From NCBI GenBank assembly GCA_963748215.1, contig CAVVHS010000009.1:320001-384000 (forward strand): a DNA stretch of 64,000 bases. Reading direction: 5' to 3'. The translations under genes were made by a program, and so were the position numbers. The notes below the pieces were generated by a model. It worked only from the letters and a program-made list of their open reading frames with translations, made no database searches and was not told the origin of the DNA. Shown here in pieces: positions 49,721 to 58,343 of this stretch. This DNA is from an uncultured Gammaproteobacteria bacterium. Its GTDB lineage: Bacteria; Pseudomonadota; Gammaproteobacteria; UBA9214. The number at the start of each line of letters is the position of its first letter. Position 1 is the stretch's first letter.

Positions 49721-49844
49721 AGGCAAGTCACGTTTTCTGACAACCACTCAGATGGAGGCTAATGAAAAAGGCTACGTTGGCTATAAAACTACCTGGGAAG
49801 CATTCCAGAAAGAAGTACCATACAAGACCCCCAAGAAGCCTTGA
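49683..49844 (+). CDS. Small protein (53 aa), not in the ORF track
   Basis: AGGAG RBS at 49670-49674; MSDAPKTRPKVPEGKSRFLTTTQMEANEKGYVGYKTTWEAFQKEVPYKTPKKP; followed by hairpin GCCGCGCG...CGCGCGGC. Confidence 0.65.
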   Translation: MSDAPKTRPKVPEGKSRFLTTTQMEANEKGYVGYKTTWEAFQKEVPYKTPKKP

Positions 49845-50174
49845 GATATTCAGCCGCGCGTACCTGCAAGGTCGCGCGGCCACCAAGTCTGATTTTTTGT
49901 TTGTATAAGGGTGTTTTTTTTGCGGGCTTTTTTGAAATCCGAAATATTAACTTTGCATACGGCTAAGTCGCTTGTGCTTGGACTTGGTACTGGCGGGTGA
50001 CAGCACCTTGCAGCCACCTTCTAATTTCGTTGGCTCTTCCCCAAATCGAGTGGGTAGATTACCGTTGTAGGGCCGAATTCATTCGTCCAACAACCTTGGC
50101 ATCATAAGGAATGCGTCTCGTCTGAATTGATGTGTTACCCACTCAATCAGGGGAAGATCCATTTCGTTTATAGC

Positions 50175-50591
50175 TTAAATACGATTAGAAAGCTGGTAAT
50201 CCACATTAATAAAAGCGCCAATATCTGCCAGGAAACGAATCGTTCTGGCGCCGAAACCAACATCGGGTGCTGTTTCGTTTTTATCGACTGACAAAACCAG
50301 GACCACGCCAATTCGGGGTGATAAATTATGGCTTTTTATCACTTCAAGGATCTTTTCCTTGACCGGTTCAATTTGCTTGATAAGTTCGTTCGTCAAATCA
50401 TAAACGTCCACATCATCAGTAATCGTTTCCGTAGATAACTCCCATGAACTGATCACGGGTTTGTCCAATCCGCTGCTTGCACCGGAAGCATCGACTGCGG
50501 TGGGTTCTATGCCAAGCAGGCGAGTGATGTCATCGGGATTGAAATGATAGCCACTTAGTGTGAAGTAGGCCCTTCCTTTATTAGAAGCCAA
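50175..50591 (-). CDS. DUF4279-like protein
   Basis: AYFTLSG..FNPDDITRLLGIEPT, W.LS, FLADIGAFINVD. Confidence 0.75.
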   Translation of the reverse strand: MASNKGRAYFTLSGYHFNPDDITRLLGIEPTAVDASGASSGLDKPVISSWELSTETITDDVDVYDLTNELIKQIEPVKEKILEVIKSHNLSPRIGVVLVLSVDKNETAPDVGFGARTIRFLADIGAFINVDYQLSNRI

Positions 50592-50655
50592 GATATTACC
50601 CTGATCAATTGATTGTAAATATGATGGGTGATTATAGCGTGTGTGTGGCGAATTG

Positions 50656-51713
50656 TTACACAGGCTGCTGCGGGCACCTGGTATAGCTCACGGCAATGAG
50701 ATTTCCAACTGAGTTTGTTGAGATCCGCACGGTGGATAATGGCTTCACCACTGATTTCTGACGGTGTATTGCCGTCGAGTGGATTGTGCACACGATGAGC
50801 GTTGTAATACTGCCGAAAGTTTTCCAATTTCCTCTCCAGGTCGCTGGCGTTCCAGAAGAGTGCCTGGTCAAGATATTCGCGGCGAATGGTCCTGATCAGC
50901 CATTCGACGAAGGAATGCGATAACGGTACGTACGGAACGGGTTTGATCTCTTCGACATTCATGATGCGAAGATTCGCTTGCCATCGGTGATACAGGAATA
51001 AAGGGTCATTGTCAGAACTGAGGTAGTGTGGAATACCTCTGGGTAGAGGACGCCTTGTTGAACATGCGACAAAGGGCAATACCATCGACATCGCCCGTAT
51101 GGACGCCAAAGCCGATGATGCGCCGAGTGAACTGATCCATGATGACGAGTACCCGGTGGCTCTTCGAAAGAATGGATTCACACCGAAACTGATCAATGCT
51201 CCAGAGGCTGTCCTTCGTGTGTTCTGGAAAAGACAGCCATGATGGCCCATTGTCATCGGAGCTTGGCCGGTAATGTGCGGCGAGGACACGCCGCACTACA
51301 TCTTTATCGATGTCGATTACGAACGCGTTGTTGATCTGTTGTGCGATTCGTGGGCATCCGAATCGAGGATTGCGTTGCTTCAGTTCGACGTTAGCCTGGA
51401 TGGGTTCCTGCGATGGGCCCTTGGGACCTGGCTTGCTTTTGCTGCCAGATGAATACAGCCGTTGATAATTTCGCTTCTTGAGAATGTCGTCAAATGCCAA
51501 AAGCGTCGATGGCCGAATAATCACGTCGACCCGCTGAATGCGGCATGGGCTGAGAAACAGCGACCAGAAGCCGAGCAGGAGTCTATCAAGTGCCGAAAGA
51601 TTGGGTGCGCGTCTCCTGGCGCGGTTCATAACCAGGAGCTGCTGCTTCATGAGGAGGCTGTCAGCGACGACAGCCCCCGCCCCGCCGGGCCCCGGCAGTA
51701 ACCTGCTCAGCAT
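50656..51713 (-). pseudogene. Second IS transposase relic (rve family), fragmented, opposite orientation
   Basis: LMKQQLLVMNR.RRRAPNL, NPRFGCPRIAQQI, WSID.FRCES, then SSDNDPLF...FVEWLIRTIRREYLD...YYNAHRVH. Confidence 0.85.
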
Positions 51714-51826
51714 AAAGTGGAGATGAATTCTGGATACGTAATAGCTTGCTACTTACCCTTTACATGATGTTCTTCGCTACAATAGCTCCCTGTTACACCT
51801 TATTCATTTGACAAGCATAGAGAAAT

Positions 51827-53035
51827 TTGAACTCATCGATTACGAGAGCGGTTGACGTCCTCATCATCGGCGCCAGCGCCGCCGGGCTGATGTGTGCAAT
51901 CGAGGCAGGCAAGCGGCAACGCAGTGTGCTGGTCATCGATCACGCCAACAAGGCCGGCAAGAAGATCCTGATGTCCGGTGGCGGCCGCTGTAACTTTACC
52001 AACTACCAGGTCGGTGCGCATAACTTCCTGTCCCACAATCCGCATTTTTGTAAATCCGCCTTGAGTCGTTTCACTCAATGGGATTTTATCTCCATGGTCG
52101 AACGCCACGGCATTCCTTACCACGAGCGCGAGCATGGCCAGTTGTTTTGTAATGACAGCGCCAAGGACATTCTGAACATGTTACTCGAGGAATGCCAACG
52201 TGCAGAGGTGCGCGTACAACTCGACACCTCGGTTGGAGAAATTAAAAAAAACAGTGATGGCCGCTTCCAGGTTAAGATCGAAAATCGCCTTCAACCCGCT
52301 GTTACCGATTGCCAATCCCTGGTGGTGGCCAGCGGCGGCCTCTCGATCCCCAAGATGTGCGCCAGTCCGATTGGTTACCGTATTGCCGAACAGTTTGGAA
52401 TAAACATCCGGGCCACCCGTGCCGGTCTTGTACCCTTTACCCTGCATGAGGCAGATAAACAACGCTTTGCAGAGTTGGCTGGGATCGCGGTGGAGAGTGT
52501 CGTCTCGAATAACCGCGCCCGGTTTCGCGAGAACATCCTGTTCACCCATCGGGGCTTGAGTGGTCCGGCGATCCTGCAAATTTCTTCCTACTGGCAGCCC
52601 GGCGAAAGTGTCACGATTAATTTATTACCCGACAAACACGTCGCCGAACTGCTCACCGTTGCACGCCAGACTGAGGCCAGTAAAAAACTCAAGACCATCC
52701 TGACGCAATGGCTACCAAAGCGATTGGTGGCGGCCCTGATCGATGATGCACTGCTGGAGAACCCGTTACAGCATCTGAATCAGGAGCAGATTCAGTTTGT
52801 CAGTGACGCCATCCATCAATGGGCGCTGCGACCCAATGGGACCGAAGGCTATCGTACGGCAGAAGTCACGCTCGGGGGTGTGGATTGTGATGCACTCTCG
52901 TCAAAAACCATGGAATCCCAAAACGTGGCCGGATTATATTTTATTGGTGAGGTGCTGGACGTGACGGGCTGGCTAGGCGGTTATAACTTTCAGTGGGCCT
53001 GGTCGTCCGGCTGGTGTGCGGGACAATATGCCTGA
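51827..53035 (+). CDS. HI0933/YhiN-family NAD(P)/FAD-dependent oxidoreductase
   Basis: GKKILMSGGGRCNFTN, ILFTHRGLSGPAILQIS, AEVTLGGV, GEVLDVTGWLGGYNFQWAWSSG. Confidence 0.92.
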   Translation: MNSSITRAVDVLIIGASAAGLMCAIEAGKRQRSVLVIDHANKAGKKILMSGGGRCNFTNYQVGAHNFLSHNPHFCKSALSRFTQWDFISMVERHGIPYHEREHGQLFCNDSAKDILNMLLEECQRAEVRVQLDTSVGEIKKNSDGRFQVKIENRLQPAVTDCQSLVVASGGLSIPKMCASPIGYRIAEQFGINIRATRAGLVPFTLHEADKQRFAELAGIAVESVVSNNRARFRENILFTHRGLSGPAILQISSYWQPGESVTINLLPDKHVAELLTVARQTEASKKLKTILTQWLPKRLVAALIDDALLENPLQHLNQEQIQFVSDAIHQWALRPNGTEGYRTAEVTLGGVDCDALSSKTMESQNVAGLYFIGEVLDVTGWLGGYNFQWAWSSGWCAGQYA

Positions 53036-53619
53036 ATGCATAGGCCGGCAACCAGGCGGTTACCGGCTTATCATGGCATGTTTATCTGGCAGTCTTTTTC
53101 AGTAAAGGGAAAGACATCGGTAAATCCCATGATGTCGGCGAACGGCAACACCAGAAACACCAGTGCCGCGGCACCAGGCAGGCTGCTACCGTCGGCAGGC
53201 AGCTCCTCGAATTTTTGATTCATGCTGCGCACATCCTCCGGGGTCATGCGTGCAGCGCGCGCGACGGCCATGGCCGGATACACACTGCGTTCGATCAAGG
53301 CGGATTTCACCTCTTGCCGGTCGAGCAGTTTACCAACCTGTCACAGGCAAGTTGATCCTGCTGCTTCGGGCAATAGCTGCCTCGCCGCTACGCTCCATGC
53401 AATGACCAGGAATGTCAAACGGTCGAAATCGGACAGAGATAACTCCCGATTCGCCATTATTAAATAGCATAATAGTGTTTGTATCCTTTCCCCTTGCTGT
53501 ACCGAATCCAGCCTGTAACAGGATTAATCTGCCCGCCTGAAGTTACCTGACCTGCGTTAGAATACCCAACCACCACCCGAACATGCAGACTCACCACAGA
53601 GCAAACCGGATTATCCTAC

Positions 53620-55245
53620 ATGCTACGTTTGACCGAAATCAGGCTTCCCCTCGATCACACCGAAGACTCGCTCAAGCTCGCGATCCTCGAGCGGCTGGGG
53701 ATTCCGGCGGAGGACTTGCTCGGATATTCCATCGCCCGCAGCGGACATGATGCGCGCAAGCCGAAGGCGATCGTGGCCGTGTACACATTGGATGTTGAAA
53801 TCAAGGGTGAAGCGGCAATGCTTCAGCGATTCGCGCACGATCCGCATTGCATACCCACGCCGGATACCGAATATCACTTCGTCGCACAGGCACCCACCGA
53901 TTTTGAATCACGCCCGGTGGTGATCGGCTTGGGGCCAGCGGGTCTGTTTGCCGCGCTTATCCTGGCACAGTCGGGCTTCAATCCCATCGTGCTGGAGCGC
54001 GGCAAGGCGGTACGTGAACGCACCAGGGACACCTTTGCACTGTGGCGCCAGGGTGTTCTCAATCCGGAATCCAACGCGCAGTTTGGCGAGGGTGGTGCGG
54101 GCACGTTCTCAGATGGCAAGTTGTATAGCCAGATCAAAGATCCGAAACATCATGGCCGCAAGGTGCTCACGGAATTCGTTAAAGCCGGCGCACCGCCGGA
54201 AATTCTTTATGTGAGTAAGCCACACATCGGCACCTTCCGGCTGGTGGGCATGGTGGAAACCATGCGCAACACTATCGAGGCGCTCGGCGGTGAGATTCGT
54301 TTCGAATCGCGGGTGGACGATTTCGAAATTGATAATGGACAGCTGCGTGGCGTAGTGCTCGCCAGTGGCGAACGCATCGCGACGGAGCATGTGGTACTGG
54401 CCATAGGCCACAGTGCACGCGACACCTTTCAGAAACTGTTCGATCGCGGTGTGTATATCGAGGCCAAGCCGTTTTCAATTGGCTTCCGCATCGAACACCC
54501 GCAATCGCTTATCGACACATGCCGCTTTGGCAGGAATGCCGGCAACCCGCTGCTCGGCGCTGCCGATTACAAGTTGGTGCATCACTGCAGCAATGGCCGC
54601 TCGGTATACAGCTTCTGCATGTGCCCTGGCGGCACGGTGGTCGCTGCCGCCTCTGAACCGGGTCGCGTTGTCACCAATGGCATGAGCCAGTATTCACGCA
54701 ACGAGCGCAATGCCAACAGCGGCATTGTGGTCGGCATCACGCCTGAAGATTATCCGGATGGCCCCTTGGCCGGCATCGCCTTCCAACGGCAGTGGGAAGA
54801 ACGCGCTTTTGAGTTGGGCGGTGAAGATTATTCAGCGCCAGGTCAGTTGGTCGGTGATTTCCTGGCCGGACGCCCTTCGACTCAATTGGGCTCGGTCATA
54901 CCGTCGTACAAACCGGGTGTACATCTATGTGACCTGAGCAAGGCGCTCCCCGATTACGCGGTTACCGCAATCCGCGAGGCACTGCCTGCCTTCGGCAAAA
55001 AAATTAAAGGCTTTGCCATGAACGACGCCGTGCTCACCGCCGTCGAGACGCGCACCTCGTCACCGATCCGTATCAAGCGCAATGAAGATTACCAGAGCCT
55101 GAATACGCGCGGACTGTATCCGACGGGTGAAGGCGCGGGCTATGCGGGCGGCATTCTGTCCTCAGCGGTGGATGGCATCAAGGTCGCCGAGGCGGTGGCA
55201 TTAAGTATGGTGCGAAGCCTTAATCCACACGCCCACGATTGCTGA
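53620..55245 (+). CDS. Uncharacterised FAD-dependent dehydrogenase (COG2509-type)
   Basis: VVIGLGPAGLFAAL, QFGEGGAGTFSDGKL, YSFCMCPGG, ETRTSSPIRI, GEGAGYAGGILSSAVDG. Confidence 0.9.
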   Translation: MLRLTEIRLPLDHTEDSLKLAILERLGIPAEDLLGYSIARSGHDARKPKAIVAVYTLDVEIKGEAAMLQRFAHDPHCIPTPDTEYHFVAQAPTDFESRPVVIGLGPAGLFAALILAQSGFNPIVLERGKAVRERTRDTFALWRQGVLNPESNAQFGEGGAGTFSDGKLYSQIKDPKHHGRKVLTEFVKAGAPPEILYVSKPHIGTFRLVGMVETMRNTIEALGGEIRFESRVDDFEIDNGQLRGVVLASGERIATEHVVLAIGHSARDTFQKLFDRGVYIEAKPFSIGFRIEHPQSLIDTCRFGRNAGNPLLGAADYKLVHHCSNGRSVYSFCMCPGGTVVAAASEPGRVVTNGMSQYSRNERNANSGIVVGITPEDYPDGPLAGIAFQRQWEERAFELGGEDYSAPGQLVGDFLAGRPSTQLGSVIPSYKPGVHLCDLSKALPDYAVTAIREALPAFGKKIKGFAMNDAVLTAVETRTSSPIRIKRNEDYQSLNTRGLYPTGEGAGYAGGILSSAVDGIKVAEAVALSMVRSLNPHAHDC

Positions 55246-55354
55246 AGGCGGCACTATTGATATCCTGTGTATGGCGAATTACTGCTTATGCAGCCACAGG
55301 CAGCTGATGAAGGCCTGGGCAAGGGATTTCCGGCAGAATCGACTGTTCACAGTT

Positions 55355-55765
55355 CGGGACTTTTACGGGACACAGTCCTGCACAACTATGCACCGTTATG
55401 CAATCGAGGCAACGGACGCCCCAAATTACCCGTATAAAAACAATCATATACATGCCAACTCTGTCACTCATAATGCTGGGGTCGGTGGTTCGAGCCGAGG
55501 AAGACGCAGTCGGCCGGGACAACCGCGTCGCATTAACGGACGCTGACCCCGAAGGGGCGAGGGCACAGCCCGAGTAATCCAACACGACCTACCATTAAAA
55601 CAACTAGTTACCTCTTGTATTTCTTCCCACAAAAATTGATTGTGGGGATTTTGCAGGGATTAACCGCATACTTTCTCGTTGGCTTGATTTCACCTGTAAT
55701 AAATTCAATTGGTTGCGAATCAGTAACCGACTCGAACTGTCGTTTCCTGGACAAAACATTCGATG
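55355..55765 (+). repeat. att-like repeat copy 5 (tRNA-Met-type left half, Lys-type right half)
   Basis: CGGGACTTTTACGGGAC arm; TCACTCATAATGCTGGGGTCGGTGGTTCGA 55464-55493 (CAT anticodon); 83-nt insert 55494-55576; ATCCAACACGACCTACCA 55577-55594; right arm as in copies 1 and 2. Confidence 0.88.
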
Positions 55766-56035
55766 CTTGTCGTCGAATGTCGCAGAGTGGCGAATTCGGA
55801 CATACGAAACTGATATCGGAACAACTTCGCTGCATTGTTCAGCCTATGGGGAAATTCCATTTCCTGGCGCCGCTATTTTCAGCGGCGAATTGCCGAGCGT
55901 TCAGGCCTCTGCTGTTCCACATCATGAGTCAGCAGTGAACGAATGACTGATTCAATCAGCCTCCCTCAGGGAATCGTAATTTTCGCCGATAATCAACCAA
56001 CTAGCTGAACAGGCGTTGCACGCGGCAGTGATGCA

Positions 56036-57520
56036 GTGGGGCGAAGAGTGCCCAGGGTGTGGCCGACATCGCGATGGCGTGTGCCTGTCAATGCAGTCGC
56101 TACGGAGATTCGAGTATTGAACATGTTGGCGCAAAAGTTGGCGGAACCGCAACCGGTAATCACTGATAACCGGCTGCCGAAAATCATCGAGCTGGTATCA
56201 CTCACGCTGGATCAGCCGCATTTCCAGAGTGCGGCAATCGCGCTGGCGACGAAACTGGCCGTCGAACTATCCTGCAGCCGTGTCAGCATCGGCTTCCTGC
56301 GAGGCAGGTTCATCACCGTGCGTGCCCTCTCACACAGTGCCAGCCACGGCGTCAAGACCAGCCTGCTGCGTGCGATTGCGGAGGCGATGGAAGAGGCGAT
56401 TGACCAGGATACGGTGCTGGTCTGTCCGGGCAGGGGCCATGTCAATATCGCACACCGCACACTCATGGAACAGAACCGGGATACAACCGTCTGCAGTATT
56501 CCGCTCGTCGATGACCAGCGGATCATCGGTGCCATGACCTTCGAGCGCAACAACGGGATTGCCTTCGATGCCGATACCGTCGAGCTCTATACCCATGTCG
56601 CGAACCTGGCCGGGCCGATCCTGGAACTCAAGCGCCGTAATGATACCTGGCCGCTTATTCGGCTGGCCCAATCCCTTGGCGGTGTGCTGCACAAGCTGTT
56701 CGGTGCGCGACATGTGATGCTCAAGCTCGCCGCGTTGCTGCTGACCCTATTGACAGGTTTTCTTGCCCTTGCAACCGGCACCTGGCGTGTAACGGCGGAT
56801 GCCGCCCTGGAAGGTACCATCCAGCGCGCGATCGTAGCACCCATCGACGGCTTCATCCTCGATTCCGACATTCGGGCCGGTGATCTGGTGCAGGCCGGGC
56901 AGGTGCTGGGGACTCTGGATGACAGGGAGCTGAAGCTCGAGCAGCAGAAAATCACCAGTGAGAAGGCGCGCCATGCGCGCGAGTATCGCAACGCCCTCGC
57001 CGGGCATGATCGCGCGCAGGTCTCGATCCTCAGTGCGCGCATCAGCCAGTCGGATGCCCAGTTGCAGCTGATCAACAAGCAGCTGGAGCGCATGCAGATC
57101 ACCGCGCCATTGACCGGCGTTGTGGTCAGTGGCGACCTGTCCCAGTCGCTGGGCTCGCCGGTCGCGCGCGGCGATGTGCTGTTTGAGGTGGCACCGCTCG
57201 AAGCCTACCGCCTGGTGCTGCGCGTGGACGAGCGGGACATGAACGCGATCGCGACGGGGCAGGCCGGCAGGCTGAAACTGTCGGGATTGCCCGGTGATGC
57301 CCTGGCTTTCGAGGTCAGCCGGATTACCCCGGTGTCCGAGTCCGCGGATGGCGGCAACTACTACCGGGTCGAGGCACAGTTGCACGAGACCCCGGCGCTG
57401 CTGCGTCCCGGTATGGAGGGTGTCGGCAAAATCGAGCTCGGCGAGCGCAAGCTGTTATGGATCTGGACGCACCGCCTGTTCGACTGGATGAAGCTGAAGG
57501 CCTGGTCCTGGTTGCCCTGA
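56036..57520 (+). CDS. GAF + HlyD-type membrane-fusion protein (N-terminus uncertain or decayed)
   Basis: LSCSRVSIG...AMEEAIDQ...CSIPL (GAF), TM, RAIVAPIDGFI...AGDLV (biotinyl-like), ITAPLTGVVVSGDL, LRPGMEGVGKI. Confidence 0.82.
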   Translation: MGRRVPRVWPTSRWRVPVNAVATEIRVLNMLAQKLAEPQPVITDNRLPKIIELVSLTLDQPHFQSAAIALATKLAVELSCSRVSIGFLRGRFITVRALSHSASHGVKTSLLRAIAEAMEEAIDQDTVLVCPGRGHVNIAHRTLMEQNRDTTVCSIPLVDDQRIIGAMTFERNNGIAFDADTVELYTHVANLAGPILELKRRNDTWPLIRLAQSLGGVLHKLFGARHVMLKLAALLLTLLTGFLALATGTWRVTADAALEGTIQRAIVAPIDGFILDSDIRAGDLVQAGQVLGTLDDRELKLEQQKITSEKARHAREYRNALAGHDRAQVSILSARISQSDAQLQLINKQLERMQITAPLTGVVVSGDLSQSLGSPVARGDVLFEVAPLEAYRLVLRVDERDMNAIATGQAGRLKLSGLPGDALAFEVSRITPVSESADGGNYYRVEAQLHETPALLRPGMEGVGKIELGERKLLWIWTHRLFDWMKLKAWSWLP

Positions 57521-57521
57521 C

Positions 57522-58343
57522 ATGGCCCGGTCGATGTACAGCCAGCACTGGTACCGGGTGGCGGACATCAGGCCTCGGCTGCGCGGACATATCAGCCTGC
57601 ACCGTCATTACTACCGTGGTAACCGTTGCTATCTCCTGCAGGATGAGGCCACCGGTGCATTTCATCGCTTCGGCCCCGAAGTCTACGAAATGATCGGCCA
57701 GATGGATGGCGTACGCACGGTCAACGAGATCTGGGAAGAGACACTCGACCGGCTTGGCGATGACGCGCCGGGCCAGGAAGAAACGATGCACCTGCTCGGA
57801 CAGCTGCATGCCGCTGATATCCTGCAGTGTGATCTGACGCCGGATGCGCTCGAGGTGTTTCACAGGCATCGTCACAAGCAGCGCCAGGACTGGAAGCAGC
57901 GCGTGCTGAATCCGATGTCGTTACGGCTGCCGTTGTGGGACCCGGACCGTTTCCTGTTACGCTGGCTGCCGTACCTGCGCCCGGTGTTCACCTGGGCCGG
58001 GCTGGCCGTGTGGCTGCTGGTCGTGGCCACGGGCGTGGTGCTGGCCGGCCTGCACTGGGAATCCATCACGGCAGACATCGTTGACCGGGTGCTGAATCCC
58101 TGGAACCTGGTCATCATGTTTTTCACCTATCCCTGCATCAAGCTGCTGCACGAGTTCGGGCATGCCTTTGCCACGCGCCTGTGGGGTGGAGAGGTGCACG
58201 AGATGGGCATCATGTTCCTGGTGCTCATGCCCATCCCCTATGTCGATGCGACCGCGTCGGCCGGCTTTCGGGAGAAGCACCGGCGCCTGGCGGTGAGTGC
58301 GGCGGGCATGATGGTCGAGCTGTTTCTCGCACCGCCGCGGTGA
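57522..58343 (+). pseudogene. Peptidase M50-family membrane metalloprotease, 3'-truncated
   Basis: PqqD-like N-terminus, LPLWDPDRFL, HEFGH zinc motif, GGEVHEMG.M, PYVD; breaks after AGMMVELFLA and runs into adhesin repeats. Confidence 0.8.

Noticed and set aside
50067-50088. GTAG-type REP (GTAGGGCCGAATTCATTCGTCC)
   Set aside because: Single imperfect copy with no partner in the window; too weak to call.
53071-53456. Minus-strand gene between the two flavoproteins
   Set aside because: An interrupted reading frame may be a relic, but no family could be recognised.
8151-55765. CRISPR array or classical integron attC array
   Set aside because: Units are 250-420 bp, separated by 1.4-25 kb, with no cas or intI gene and no RYYYAAC...GTTRRRY attC ends.
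58181-58330. ORF-track start of the 1573-aa adhesin
   Set aside because: The first ~50 aa are an alternative frame of the M50 gene, not adhesin sequence.
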